Virus record (IMG/VR): IMGVR_UViG_3300045988_133226
Span: 14,524 to 78,523 of that record
Length of the DNA: 64,000 nt
DNA from: a virus
Strand: one strand, 5' to 3'
Part shown: positions 1-10,005 of the stretch, piece after piece
How the letters are laid out: each line of letters opens with the position of its first letter
How positions within the stretch are numbered: the stretch's first letter is position 1
Translations under genes and position numbers: made by a program
Notes under the pieces: model-generated
Told to the model about the DNA's origin: nothing
Databases searched by the model: none
What the model saw: only the letters and a program-made list of their open reading frames with translations

Positions 1-1
1 T

Positions 2-400
2 ATGAGTATTACATATAACAAAGAAATCAACAAAAAAATCAGAATCTATTTAACGGAATCAATCAAAGATTGGTTAGAAGCACACGAGTATGATAAAAAG
101 GACTGTGAAAACAGTCCTTTTCTTACTTACTGGAATATCATAACAGATGAAATCAACGGCGGTATTTATGATAAATACACCAACTTTGAAAAGTGGAAAC
201 ATTTCCACATGGGGTTGCGTGGTTTTGGTGCTGATATTTATTGTCTATACAAAGATGATGAAAGAGTATCAAGTATTATCATGAAAGACTGGACTGGAAG
301 AGAAGTTGTTGACGTGGAAGAAACGGCAAACTTAATGGATTATCTTTGCTTTAGGGAGTTTAGAAAGCTACTTAAAAAAGAAAGTAATATTATTATTTAG
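2..400 (+). CDS. hypothetical protein (5' end outside window)
   Basis: ORF open to the window edge; + strand, followed by an RBS-led gene. Confidence 0.45.
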   Translation: MSITYNKEINKKIRIYLTESIKDWLEAHEYDKKDCENSPFLTYWNIITDEINGGIYDKYTNFEKWKHFHMGLRGFGADIYCLYKDDERVSSIIMKDWTGREVVDVEETANLMDYLCFREFRKLLKKESNIII

Positions 401-413
401 GAGGTTATTAATC

Positions 414-629
414 ATGAAAATAATACATACAAACAACGATAGTTTATTTACAATCAAAGAAACGCCAAACGGGATTTTTGTTAAAGGGTTTGGTAATGAC
501 GATAATGAAATGTGTATACCCGATCATGAAATAGTAATGTTGTTAAATTATTACCATAATTGTAAAGAAGGGTTAGAATCACAAGATTATATTAACGATA
601 AACCATATACACTAAACGATATTAAATAA
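414..629 (+). CDS. hypothetical small protein
   Basis: RBS taGGAGGttattaatcATG; tight packing. Confidence 0.5.
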   Translation: MKIIHTNNDSLFTIKETPNGIFVKGFGNDDNEMCIPDHEIVMLLNYYHNCKEGLESQDYINDKPYTLNDIK

Positions 630-645
630 AAGGAGTGTTTGAATT

Positions 646-1008
646 ATGGAACAATATTTATATGCTGATGAATATGATGACAATGAGATTAAAATTCTAA
701 CGGTTGGACAACTGTTAGAATTTTTTAATAAATCAGATGATAAAAAGAACGGTTCAAGTTTGGAAAGTTATATTCAAGATAACATAAGAATGGATCTTAT
801 TGAACCATTTTGTCCACATAAAGAAGCAGAAACGGTTGTTTGTGATTTACAGCCATTAGCAAAACAGTATATCTTGCAAGAAGCCGAGAAGGTTTTTAAT
901 GGTATGCCGTGGGTAGATACTCAAGAAGAACTTGACAATGTGTATCATGAGAAAATCAAGAACTTATATGATACGGTTGATTTTTCAGAGTTTGTGGCGT
1001 ATTTATAG
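646..1008 (+). CDS. hypothetical protein
   Basis: RBS AAAGGAGtgtttgaattATG. Confidence 0.5.
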   Translation: MEQYLYADEYDDNEIKILTVGQLLEFFNKSDDKKNGSSLESYIQDNIRMDLIEPFCPHKEAETVVCDLQPLAKQYILQEAEKVFNGMPWVDTQEELDNVYHEKIKNLYDTVDFSEFVAYL

Positions 1009-1104
1009 ACTGAATATTATAGACAAGTCAAAACACGACTTGTCTATTTTATTGAACTTATAAATAGAAATAAAGTCCCGTAAAGGGCAGAAGGAAGGAA
1101 AGAT

Positions 1105-1410
1105 ATGATTAAACGATTTAAAAATGGAAATATGAATTGCCATATTGATAAGGATTTATACGACGTTAGACTTGACACTTTAGGGAATTTTATGAGTGAT
1201 TTACAAGAATACGATTGTCAACAAATTAGTGACCCTTATTGCGTTGGAAACTTTGAAATGGCAATAGATGTTTATAGTGCATTTACAGACAAAAAATATA
1301 CACTTATGCTTTCAGAACTGGAAAACTGGAAGGCTGGAAAAGTGTTAAAATTGTATGCTGTACCGATGGAGCATGATGACTGGGAAGCATTAAATGCTAA
1401 TTGGTTTTAA
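1105..1410 (+). CDS. hypothetical protein
   Basis: RBS GAAGGAAGGaaagatATG. Confidence 0.5.
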   Translation: MIKRFKNGNMNCHIDKDLYDVRLDTLGNFMSDLQEYDCQQISDPYCVGNFEMAIDVYSAFTDKKYTLMLSELENWKAGKVLKLYAVPMEHDDWEALNANWF

Positions 1411-1433
1411 TTAAGAATAGGAGGTAGAAAGAT

Positions 1434-1721
1434 ATGAATAGAATGAATGGATTTTACTTTTTGATTGGTTGCAAGGATATTTTTGTTAAAACAGAAAAGA
1501 AAAATAAAACAGTGGGGTTAGCTAAAGAAATTTGTGAGAAAATGGGTTTCCCACCAAGTCAAAACAATGTCAATGAGTTAACCCGCAGGTTACAAAGGGC
1601 AACGTATCAACTTACTATACTTTCCAATGGTAGAAAATACCACGACATAACGGGAGATGGATTTTCTTATGGAAGTTTTGTTGACGAAAATAAAACAACT
1701 ATTGTCACATTAGACAAATAA
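1434..1721 (+). CDS. hypothetical protein
   Basis: RBS AGGAGGtagaaagatATG. Confidence 0.5.
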   Translation: MNRMNGFYFLIGCKDIFVKTEKKNKTVGLAKEICEKMGFPPSQNNVNELTRRLQRATYQLTILSNGRKYHDITGDGFSYGSFVDENKTTIVTLDK

Positions 1722-1741
1722 GAAACCAGGAGGAAAGAACA

Positions 1742-1936
1742 ATGGAAAATAAGGCACAATTACATAAACCACAACTAACAGACATAGCCGTTGCACTCGT
1801 AGGAATTGCAATGGCTATTATTACATTTATCAAGATACCGCAAGCCTTCATTTTAGAAGCATTACTGTTAATGATAACAGTTGTCTACGTGCTTGCTTGT
1901 ATGGGATTGTTTGATGATGATGCAGAAATAGAATAG
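1742..1936 (+). CDS. small membrane protein (one or two TM helices)
   Basis: RBS ccAGGAGGaaagaacaATG; hydrophobic stretch IAVALVGIAMAIITFIKI. Confidence 0.45.
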   Translation: MENKAQLHKPQLTDIAVALVGIAMAIITFIKIPQAFILEALLLMITVVYVLACMGLFDDDAEIE

Positions 1937-1955
1937 GAAAGAAGGTAGAACGATT

Positions 1956-2564
1956 ATGAGAACAAAACAGAATAAAACAATCAAGATCTTATTAGCCGTA
2001 GCACTTATGTTTACGGCTTTTCTAATGATGGAAAATACTATACACGCAAGGACAAAAAGAAGCACGTACAGAACGATAAACGGCATTTACAACGTAGATG
2101 GAACGATTGACACGGTTGACGGCTACTGTTGGAAGGTACGCAAGGAATCATATGCCTATCCAGGGACTACCGTTGTAACTGTCAAATTTAACACACACGG
2201 CACTAGAAATAAACTCGATGATAGCATTGTAAAGATCGTAGCAAAGAATAGAAATATCCAGCTTGTAAACGATTATATACGCAGAAATTACGATCTAAAC
2301 GCCTATAAGGTAAAGTATATCAACACTAGAAAATTAACGGATAAAATGATCCGTGAACGTGCCACACGACATACGATTTACGTGGAAATTATTAAAAGTG
2401 TTTCTGCTGGAGGTAGACATGGAATGTATGGAAAAAACTACTATATTGCCTATAACAAACGTGTACGCAAGGGAAAACACGTAACAAGCTATTGTGTATG
2501 GAATCCTTGCAACGCCTATTGTGATGATGTAGAAGCTGTGGCAGATAATGGAAAAATCAGATAG
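1956..2564 (+). CDS. secreted or exported protein with N-terminal signal peptide
   Basis: RBS; N-terminus KTIKILLAVALMFTAFLMMENTIHA resembles a signal peptide. Confidence 0.5.
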   Translation: MRTKQNKTIKILLAVALMFTAFLMMENTIHARTKRSTYRTINGIYNVDGTIDTVDGYCWKVRKESYAYPGTTVVTVKFNTHGTRNKLDDSIVKIVAKNRNIQLVNDYIRRNYDLNAYKVKYINTRKLTDKMIRERATRHTIYVEIIKSVSAGGRHGMYGKNYYIAYNKRVRKGKHVTSYCVWNPCNAYCDDVEAVADNGKIR

Positions 2565-2580
2565 AAAGAAGGTTGGAATC

Positions 2581-2775
2581 ATGACAACGATTACTATATA
2601 CAGAAACAAAAGGAACAAAAATAAATATATAGAAGTCCATAACGATGGACACTATCATAACTCAGTAAAACAGTTTATGCAATGGAAGAAAGATCACAAT
2701 GGAAATCAGCTTGCCAAACCTATCAGAAATGAAACGGGCGATCGAGTCTTACATAGATGGAAAAAGCAAACTTGA
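2581..2775 (+). CDS. hypothetical small basic protein
   Basis: ATG at 2581 preceded by agaaAGAAGGttggaatc; the ORF-track start at 2548 overlaps the upstream gene. Confidence 0.4.
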   Translation: MTTITIYRNKRNKNKYIEVHNDGHYHNSVKQFMQWKKDHNGNQLAKPIRNETGDRVLHRWKKQT

Positions 2776-2830
2776 TGACGTTACTGGAAGATTATGAACT
2801 GATTACAGCATAGAAAGAAGGTATGGCATT

Positions 2831-3079
2831 ATGGAAAATAAAATAATTAATATTAATATCAAGGCATTTTTGGAAAAATTCAATGAAGAATACGGCTTCT
2901 TATATGATAATTACGATCGAGTAGCTGGTTATACAGAAGCACTTGAAGCTGGTGATTCTTTTATAGAAAGTCATTTAGATTTTGTTAAAGAGTTTAATAA
3001 TTATAGGGGCGATATTCTTTCTAGTGATAGAGAAGTTGTAGCTTTTATGTTTGCATTAGAATCAATGGGGGTGGCATAG
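2831..3079 (+). CDS. hypothetical protein
   Basis: RBS AGAAGGt..ATG. Confidence 0.45.
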   Translation: MENKIININIKAFLEKFNEEYGFLYDNYDRVAGYTEALEAGDSFIESHLDFVKEFNNYRGDILSSDREVVAFMFALESMGVA

Positions 3080-3080
3080 A

Positions 3081-3386
3081 ATGAAAGACTATAGAACGAT
3101 TATTTCTAGCGGTACAGTGGAAAATATCTGCGATGCTTTAGCGGATTTCCTTGATGAATATTTTGTGGGGTGCTTACAAGATAATTACTTTTTTAGTGTT
3201 GGAAATAACAATTTAAAGTTAGGCAGAGTTAAGCTAAGAAAGTACGTGATGATCTTAGAAAAGGGCTTAAATGAATGGTCAAGCGTCAACGAACTGTACA
3301 TGACAGACAGCGAAAAGAAGTATAGAGAACTGTTAGATATGTACTATAAGGATCGTGAAGAGTATGAAAAAGAAGAAACGGCATAA
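3081..3386 (+). CDS. hypothetical protein
   Basis: RBS GGGGGTGGcatagaATG, 1 nt after the upstream stop. Confidence 0.45.
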   Translation: MKDYRTIISSGTVENICDALADFLDEYFVGCLQDNYFFSVGNNNLKLGRVKLRKYVMILEKGLNEWSSVNELYMTDSEKKYRELLDMYYKDREEYEKEETA

Positions 3387-3403
3387 GAAGGAAGTGTGGG
3401 ACT

Positions 3404-3892
3404 ATGAGAACAGAAATTAAAGAAGCGAAAACATATTATATTTCAGATGATGAAATTTATTACACAGATAAATGGGATTGTATACAGCATGAAAACTGGA
3501 TTAAAGAAGATGATAGAAGAATAAATTTACAAGAACGCTGGAATGAATTGATTAACTCTTTACCAATAAAATCAGGCGAATGTCCAGTATATCAAGAAGC
3601 AAGTACAGACTACAAATATACATATGTTACCATTAAAAATAAAAAAGAATTGGAAAAAATAAACGATATGTATACAATAGCAAGTCCATATCATCACAAG
3701 GTAGAGTATACGGGTAATTTCCCAATGATTTTAGTTATGGAAACAAATACGGAACTTTATATGGCTGATCTTGAAAAAAGTCATGTGAGATTATGTACAT
3801 TAGACCATATTAAAAGTGAAACACTGTGGTATTGGAAAGAAATGGGATACGACATAACAATTACAAAGAAAGATAACCAGGAGGAACAATAG
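3404..3892 (+). CDS. hypothetical protein
   Basis: RBS GAAGGAAGtgtgggactATG. Confidence 0.5.
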   Translation: MRTEIKEAKTYYISDDEIYYTDKWDCIQHENWIKEDDRRINLQERWNELINSLPIKSGECPVYQEASTDYKYTYVTIKNKKELEKINDMYTIASPYHHKVEYTGNFPMILVMETNTELYMADLEKSHVRLCTLDHIKSETLWYWKEMGYDITITKKDNQEEQ

Positions 3893-3894
3893 AT

Positions 3895-4230
3895 ATGATT
3901 GGAAATAGATATGAATTGAAAAAAGATGAAGCAGAACTAAAAGAAATTGAAAATGATCTTGCAAAATATCTTAATGTGCCATTGGTAAAATGTAGCTACG
4001 ACAATGTAAATAGTCATAAGTATAAAGATAAGAATGAAATTGAATATAGAAATAAAGAAGCAATGGAAACTGGTTTATATGATATGTGTGATTACATTAT
4101 TAACTATGAAAAATACAATACGCTAGATGGCTATAAACAAAATAATGGCGGATACGATGGGGAGGTGCATGAATTGTTATATCTTAAGGGAAATGGAAAT
4201 TATATTGTGATTACAAATATCGCAGAATGA
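3895..4230 (+). CDS. hypothetical protein
   Basis: RBS ccAGGAGGaacaatagatATG. Confidence 0.5.
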   Translation: MIGNRYELKKDEAELKEIENDLAKYLNVPLVKCSYDNVNSHKYKDKNEIEYRNKEAMETGLYDMCDYIINYEKYNTLDGYKQNNGGYDGEVHELLYLKGNGNYIVITNIAE

Positions 4231-4260
4231 TTTATAAGAAAGAAAAGGAGATAAGATAGA

Positions 4261-4497
4261 ATGGAAATTTCAAAGAAACAAACTTATGAACAGTATCAGT
4301 TACAATGGATGATTGATCACGGTTTTTCATTAAAAGATTTAATGGAATCTATGGACAGATATTTTATGAACGATGGAGATTCTATCCAAGAATTGTTTGA
4401 AGATTGGGAGTGTAGCTGTGGATTTGGCGGTATATTGTATGCTTGTAAAGATGAAGCAATAGATTGTGGCGAATGTATAGAAGATGAGGAAGAATAG
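4261..4497 (+). CDS. hypothetical Cys-rich small protein
   Basis: RBS AAAGGAGataagatagaATG; CSCG...CGEC motif. Confidence 0.45.
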   Translation: MEISKKQTYEQYQLQWMIDHGFSLKDLMESMDRYFMNDGDSIQELFEDWECSCGFGGILYACKDEAIDCGECIEDEEE

Positions 4498-4507
4498 GAG
4501 AATAATT

Positions 4508-4780
4508 ATGGAAATTTTAAAGATGACAAGAACAAACATGGTAGTGATTCAGACAGTGGAAAAAGAAGAACGAAACACTTTTGATATTGGAAAAATCAGA
4601 GTCGCAGCCTTGCCACCGATCGCAAAGAAAGATCTTATCGCAGAACTTAAAAGCAAAGGCTTCTGCGATGGAATGATCCATACGGCTATGCAATGTAGGT
4701 TGGAAGATCTGAACGGCTACGTGAACGTGTGGAAGTATGTAGCGTATATCTTAGCAGTAGAATTGATGGAAAGATTATAG
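4508..4780 (+). CDS. hypothetical protein
   Basis: ATG at 4508 after atAGGAGaataatt; the ORF-track start at 4484 has no RBS. Confidence 0.4.
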   Translation: MEILKMTRTNMVVIQTVEKEERNTFDIGKIRVAALPPIAKKDLIAELKSKGFCDGMIHTAMQCRLEDLNGYVNVWKYVAYILAVELMERL

Positions 4781-4795
4781 AAGGGAGCTGGAAAC

Positions 4796-5254
4796 ATGGA
4801 AAATACAAATACATTAACAGTAAAATTCGTCGGTTTTGGTGGTGGATTTATGGAATATCCATGCTATAAAGATGAAAACGAAAAGCTATATTTTGACATA
4901 AACGATGGAAAAAATGGACTTGACTTATACACTGGTGCTTACATGGATGAACTTGGAGATATTTGTGGTGAACCAAATCAGTCAGTAATGCAAGAAATCA
5001 AATGCGATAAACCATTTTCAAGGAATCTTAGAGAACGTGATTATCAGTTTCTAAGTAGATTAAAAGCAGATTGCGAATACTTCTTAAGAAATGGAAACGG
5101 TTGTAAGAAATACTTATATAAAGAAAGCATTGAAAAACATTGCGATGAGATGGAAAAAATATGGAATTCATTTACAGACGAACAAAAACCTAAATGGTTA
5201 ACGATGGAACAAATAAAAGATTTTAGAAAGAAAATGTTAAATACAAGAAAGTAG
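4796..5254 (+). CDS. hypothetical protein
   Basis: RBS GAAGGGAGctggaaacATG. Confidence 0.5.
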   Translation: MENTNTLTVKFVGFGGGFMEYPCYKDENEKLYFDINDGKNGLDLYTGAYMDELGDICGEPNQSVMQEIKCDKPFSRNLRERDYQFLSRLKADCEYFLRNGNGCKKYLYKESIEKHCDEMEKIWNSFTDEQKPKWLTMEQIKDFRKKMLNTRK

Positions 5255-5263
5255 GTGGAAATT

Positions 5264-5452
5264 ATGATCGTAAGAAACACTTATACAGATGGTAGAACAG
5301 AAATTTTTTGTAATACGCCCGATGAATACAATGACTTATGTTGTGAGTACGATTTAGAAGATTGTGGTATGAGTGGAAAATACGTTGGATCTAGTTGGAG
5401 CCACGATGATAAGAACAATGTAGACGTTTATTTTAAATATAAAGAAGATTAG
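5264..5452 (+). CDS. hypothetical small protein
   Basis: ATG 5264 after GTAGGTGGaaatt, a recurrent start cassette. Confidence 0.4.
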   Translation: MIVRNTYTDGRTEIFCNTPDEYNDLCCEYDLEDCGMSGKYVGSSWSHDDKNNVDVYFKYKED

Positions 5453-5468
5453 AAAGTAGGTGGAAAGA

Positions 5469-5723
5469 ATGAGTCGCAGAACAACTATGGAATCATTAGC
5501 GTGTCACGTAGAACGAAAGTATAACACGTTATACTTTACAAAAAATCCTCCGAACGCTGGAATTAACGATGATTTGTTTGGATACAGATATTTCTTGTTG
5601 TATAAGAACACGTTCGGAATTTTTCGGAAATACAGAACACAGCAAGAAGCAATTGACGGCATGACGGAAATTTTAAAAGAAGATCCAGCTAATCTATTCA
5701 ATTTCTCTATGTGCCGTGCATAG
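5469..5723 (+). CDS. hypothetical protein
   Basis: ATG 5469 after GTAGGTGGaaaga. Confidence 0.4.
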   Translation: MSRRTTMESLACHVERKYNTLYFTKNPPNAGINDDLFGYRYFLLYKNTFGIFRKYRTQQEAIDGMTEILKEDPANLFNFSMCRA

Positions 5724-6033
5724 CTTATTACATAGCCAATTAAAGGCTTTTACTGTCTGTAATGAAGCAGACTACACCTTAACGGAAATACCCGACTATT
5801 GAAGCTAATAGTTACTTTAAATGAACGGAAAAACTGTACTACTGATTGCTAGTAGTGACGTATTGGAACGGAAAAACGGTGGCATATGGTAGATAAAAGA
5901 GTGCTTTTATCGGTGGGTTCAATTTCCACTCCGCCACTTCACACGATGGAAATTATCGTGTATAATATAAGAGAACAGTTAACTTAAAATCTGACCGCAA
6001 GGCAGTCAGTTCCTAAAAAGGATGGTGGAAATT

Positions 6034-6786
6034 ATGAAGTACAAAGAACTTATTATGACAGAACAATCTACTGGAAAGAAAACGGTGCTTTATGAGAATG
6101 AAGAGTTCAAGAACTTTGATTATCTAAGTAATCTTATGATGAAGTATGGGTATAGCGAGAATGATTATGAAAACCTTAATGATGATATTATGAGTGGAAT
6201 TGATCACTTTGATGTTATGGAATATGGAAACACAATCGAAACACTTTTATTTGAATATATTAAATATCCTGAGTGCTTTGAGATCCATAAGATTCCTGAA
6301 ATGCCTGATGGATTTACAAAAATCACTTATCATGGTTATACAATCAAATTAAATCAATATAACTGTGATTGGTACTACGGGAAGAGTTCTGACGGAAGTT
6401 TATGTGTGACAAGCACTAAGTACGATTGGAAAAAATACGACAAGATCAAGATACTAGTACAACGTGATTATTACGGAAAATTTGAAGAAGAATGGTGGAA
6501 TATTGTTGACGACAACGGAAATCTTATAGTAAAAATCATGGATGATGATATGGAAAAAGCTGTCGCAGATATTAAAGATAATCGTGATCATGCAATGGAT
6601 TTTGAAGATTGGCTATTATCAACCGATGCAGAAAAGTGGGACGTTGAATGGACTCAAGAAAATTATGATAAAGATAGGGCAGATGAGATTATCAGAAATG
6701 CTTATAATGACTACCTTAATATGCACTGGAAATATTCATGGTTGGTTAGAATAGTAGCGGAAAATATGATCAAGAAGGGAATGTAG
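6034..6786 (+). CDS. hypothetical protein
   Basis: ATG 6034 after GGTGGaaatt; follows a 300-nt non-coding gap containing a TATAAT hexamer. Confidence 0.5.
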   Translation: MKYKELIMTEQSTGKKTVLYENEEFKNFDYLSNLMMKYGYSENDYENLNDDIMSGIDHFDVMEYGNTIETLLFEYIKYPECFEIHKIPEMPDGFTKITYHGYTIKLNQYNCDWYYGKSSDGSLCVTSTKYDWKKYDKIKILVQRDYYGKFEEEWWNIVDDNGNLIVKIMDDDMEKAVADIKDNRDHAMDFEDWLLSTDAEKWDVEWTQENYDKDRADEIIRNAYNDYLNMHWKYSWLVRIVAENMIKKGM

Positions 6787-6796
6787 GTGGTAAATT

Positions 6797-7075
6797 ATGT
6801 TTGATTATGAAAGAAAAGAATTTGAAAAGAATGTGGAAATTTTAATGGAAGATCGTTGTACACGAAAAGAAGCGGAACGATTGTTAAAAAATAGCACAGT
6901 AGTATATGAATTGAAAGATTTTACAGAACATTTTGGTCAGTTTATGGAAGATTGGCAAGAAGACAAGGAAGGAATTGAAGCATATAAGAAGATGCTTGAA
7001 ACTAAAAAACCGATGAGTGGATATAGTTTTGTAGAATATAATGGAAAAGAATATTTGATTAATTATTGTTTATAG
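6797..7075 (+). CDS. hypothetical protein
   Basis: RBS GTAGGTGGtaaattATG. Confidence 0.5.
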   Translation: MFDYERKEFEKNVEILMEDRCTRKEAERLLKNSTVVYELKDFTEHFGQFMEDWQEDKEGIEAYKKMLETKKPMSGYSFVEYNGKEYLINYCL

Positions 7076-7166
7076 ACTAACGGAAAATTAAATAAAAACA
7101 AAGTAATCTAGGAAGATGCAGAAATGTATCTTCCTTTTTTGATGGAAAGAAACGAGGTAAGAACGA

Positions 7167-7454
7167 ATGAAAGTTAGTAAAGAAGAGTACGAAAGATTAG
7201 ATTTTGAGGACTTTGTGGAAAAATTAAAACCACAATATGACACATTATGTAGCTTAGAAGATATGAAGAACGCTTGCGTTGATGCAGTTAACGTGATGGA
7301 AGTTAGCCTTGCAATTCATATACTGGAACCGATTGAAGAGTACGGAGTGTGGTATTACGACTATGATCGAGAAAAGGGTATGCAGTATGTACCGCAACCA
7401 CTATCACAAAAAGAAGATCTTGTGAAAGCTGGATACTTAGAACTGGTCGGATAA
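7167..7454 (+). CDS. hypothetical protein
   Basis: RBS aaACGAGGtaagaacgaATG. Confidence 0.45.
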   Translation: MKVSKEEYERLDFEDFVEKLKPQYDTLCSLEDMKNACVDAVNVMEVSLAIHILEPIEEYGVWYYDYDREKGMQYVPQPLSQKEDLVKAGYLELVG

Positions 7455-7493
7455 TAAAATGCAGATTTGGAAGAAAGAATAGAGGTGGAAATT

Positions 7494-7976
7494 ATGTATA
7501 GTAAGAAGGAAATGTATGTAACGGTAGTAGATAACGCAGATACAATATGGAAAGATAGAGATAAAACAGATTGGAGACCTTTTCATAGATCAAAAGTTAT
7601 TGTACATCGAGATTGGATGTGGTATTTTGCGGAATTTCCTACAGATGAAGCATTTAAAAAATGGTGTGAATATTGTGGTGTAGAAATTAGTTTAGAAGAA
7701 GAAAAAGAAGCCTTAAACAAAGAGTGTGGTACATGGAAAAGATATTCAGTCAATATTGACATTGATGATAGTAATTCATTTTGGAGCTTAGATGAAATAC
7801 CAAAAGGAGCAAAATCAATTACGTTATTATCTAATGGTAGACTTGTTACAGGATACATTTTAAACGATGGGAATATTCTTCATGTATATAGACCTAATCC
7901 AAATGCAAAAGATATATATAATCCGTTACCAGTAGATGAAGATATAGCCTATCGGTTAGCACATGGATTTATGTAA
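7494..7976 (+). CDS. hypothetical protein
   Basis: ATG 7494 after AGAGGTGGaaatt. Confidence 0.45.
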   Translation: MYSKKEMYVTVVDNADTIWKDRDKTDWRPFHRSKVIVHRDWMWYFAEFPTDEAFKKWCEYCGVEISLEEEKEALNKECGTWKRYSVNIDIDDSNSFWSLDEIPKGAKSITLLSNGRLVTGYILNDGNILHVYRPNPNAKDIYNPLPVDEDIAYRLAHGFM

Positions 7977-8012
7977 AAGAAAAGTTTTATCACAGAACAG
8001 GAGTGAGAGATT

Positions 8013-8207
8013 ATGAATACAGAAACAAAACAGGAAATTATCGGAATCGTTATGTGCCACGGAGAGAATGATTATGGATACTGTGGAGGATTTTCTCTAA
8101 CAGATAAAGAAGAAGAACAGATTTACGAGATCCTGATGCGACATGATACAGAAGGATGCTCTATTAGAGGCACAAGAAATGACATTGCAAACGAGATTAG
8201 GGAATAG
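8013..8207 (+). CDS. hypothetical small protein
   Basis: RBS cAGGAGtgagagattATG. Confidence 0.45.
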   Translation: MNTETKQEIIGIVMCHGENDYGYCGGFSLTDKEEEQIYEILMRHDTEGCSIRGTRNDIANEIRE

Positions 8208-8221
8208 GAGAGTGATTAGTT

Positions 8222-8473
8222 ATGGAAAATAACGAAGTAAAAAGAATTGCAAACATCTTATTCAATATGTCTTTGGGAATGGACTATGACACGTTCGTAG
8301 ATGATTGTAAAGAAGATATGAAAATGTTAACTGAAAGCATTGGAAATTTATCTAAGGCAATTGGAAAATTGTCTAAAGCGGATGATTCTCTGTTTTATGT
8401 ATTGCAGAATATTGCAGATAACAACGCAGATATGGAAAATAGATTGGTCAATGCAGATGGATCTATTAATTAA
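8222..8473 (+). CDS. hypothetical protein
   Basis: RBS tAGGAGagtgattagttATG. Confidence 0.45.
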   Translation: MENNEVKRIANILFNMSLGMDYDTFVDDCKEDMKMLTESIGNLSKAIGKLSKADDSLFYVLQNIADNNADMENRLVNADGSIN

Positions 8474-8500
8474 TAGAATGTCAATTTTATAGTAGGAAGG

Positions 8501-8848
8501 ATGGAAATAATTATGAGAGTTTTAGTAGAATCAAATTATGGAACAACGACTAAACCAGATGGTCTTGGTGCAGTATGTAAATTGGTATGCAGCCAAAAAA
8601 GAAATTTCTATTGGTATGGAAATGATATGGAATTAAATAGTAGATTAGGTCCCGATATCCGACAATGTGGAACACGAGAAGAATTGTTGGAAAAATTAAA
8701 TAGACGAAAGAAAAATTATGAAATACGATTACAAAATCTTTTTTCTGATTTATTTCTTAATCAAAAAGGCAAAGTGGTCTTTGAGAACTGTCTTAAGCAA
8801 GATATTCTTATGTATAAGACTTTTATTGAAGCACTAGAAAAACAATAG
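8501..8848 (+). CDS. hypothetical protein
   Basis: RBS GTAGGAAGGATGG; start at 8501 or 8513. Confidence 0.45.
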   Translation: MEIIMRVLVESNYGTTTKPDGLGAVCKLVCSQKRNFYWYGNDMELNSRLGPDIRQCGTREELLEKLNRRKKNYEIRLQNLFSDLFLNQKGKVVFENCLKQDILMYKTFIEALEKQ

Positions 8849-8853
8849 GAAGG

Positions 8854-9060
8854 ATGGAAATTTACATGAAAAAATATATAATAGATGTTGTAGAAACATA
8901 TAAGAGATCAGTTGAAATTAAAGCAGAAACAGAGGATGAAGCAAGAAATATTGTAGCGGAAAAGATTAATACAGGAGATATTGATATTCCTTGTGATGGC
9001 GGTGGTTACGACTATGAGTACGAGTTATTTGCAAGTGAGGTAGAGGAAAGCGAAGTGTAA
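8854..9060 (+). CDS. hypothetical small acidic protein
   Basis: RBS AGGAAGGATGGaaatttacATG. Confidence 0.45.
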   Translation: MEIYMKKYIIDVVETYKRSVEIKAETEDEARNIVAEKINTGDIDIPCDGGGYDYEYELFASEVEESEV

Positions 9061-9167
9061 TTTTTATGGACTGTTTACTACAGTCAGAGAAGATGATGAT
9101 ATATACATATTAGTTGAGATACAAGACAAACAAAAAACTTAAAAAACAGAGCAAAGGAGAGTAAATT

Positions 9168-9338
9168 ATGCCATTGGTTTTATTATTAATAATTATATTT
9201 ATCGTTCCAGAGGACACTTTGGAATATATGTTAGGAGCTATTTTAGGTGGTGGTTATGGAATTTTAATGGTTATAGCATTTGTTGCTATTCTGTATGGGA
9301 TTTATAAGTTCTTTTCCGATCTTTGGAATGGAAGATAG
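9168..9338 (+). CDS. small hydrophobic membrane protein (56 aa; below the ORF-track cutoff)
   Basis: ATG 9168 after AAAGGAGagtaaatt; two predicted TM segments (LVLLLIIIFIV, ILMVIAFVAILYGI); fills an otherwise empty 300-nt gap. Confidence 0.35.
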   Translation: MPLVLLLIIIFIVPEDTLEYMLGAILGGGYGILMVIAFVAILYGIYKFFSDLWNGR

Positions 9339-9372
9339 AATGGAAAATATTATTTGATAAAGCAGATTATAT

Positions 9373-9909
9373 ATGGAAGGAGTTATGAATATGAATAAAT
9401 TCAAGCATTATGGGAAAGATGTATGGGTTCAGACATTTACAGAAACAAACTGGGTAGATGGACTAAAGAAAAACGGATTAAAATATGTAGCACTTCCAGA
9501 TCTTGAACATGAAGTATATAAATATGTTAAGAATGGAAAAGAGAGGTATGCTCTAATTCATTATCCTGATGTACCAGAGGAAGCTTTACAGGAAGTGTAT
9601 ATAATAGAAAAGATCCCTGATGATCTTAGTTGGGATAACATAATAGAAGATTACAGACAGCAGAGTAGAGGATATGAACCGATGAAACTGCCAACACGAG
9701 CAAGGCTATTGTACGATAAAGCCGATCACATAGCATATGAATTGGAAAAAGAAGATCCAGATTTTGCTAAAAATTTTTGGCATAGACCTACAGGATATAT
9801 TGATCCGAACCGATTTAAGTCAGCTCTTACTTTGCTTGGAACAAGTATCGAAGAGTTAAGGGAAATGGAACATTCTGATACGCCAGAAATTGATGAACTA
9901 GAATTATAG
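9373..9909 (+). CDS. hypothetical protein
   Basis: RBS GGAAGGAGttATGaatATG. Confidence 0.45.
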   Translation: MEGVMNMNKFKHYGKDVWVQTFTETNWVDGLKKNGLKYVALPDLEHEVYKYVKNGKERYALIHYPDVPEEALQEVYIIEKIPDDLSWDNIIEDYRQQSRGYEPMKLPTRARLLYDKADHIAYELEKEDPDFAKNFWHRPTGYIDPNRFKSALTLLGTSIEELREMEHSDTPEIDELEL

Positions 9910-10005
9910 TGAATACAAATTAATATAGGTAACTAGGATACTTATGGAAAATTCCAGAGTGTCTTTTTTTATACAAATTTTTACATAAGAAAGGTGGAAT
10001 TAATT

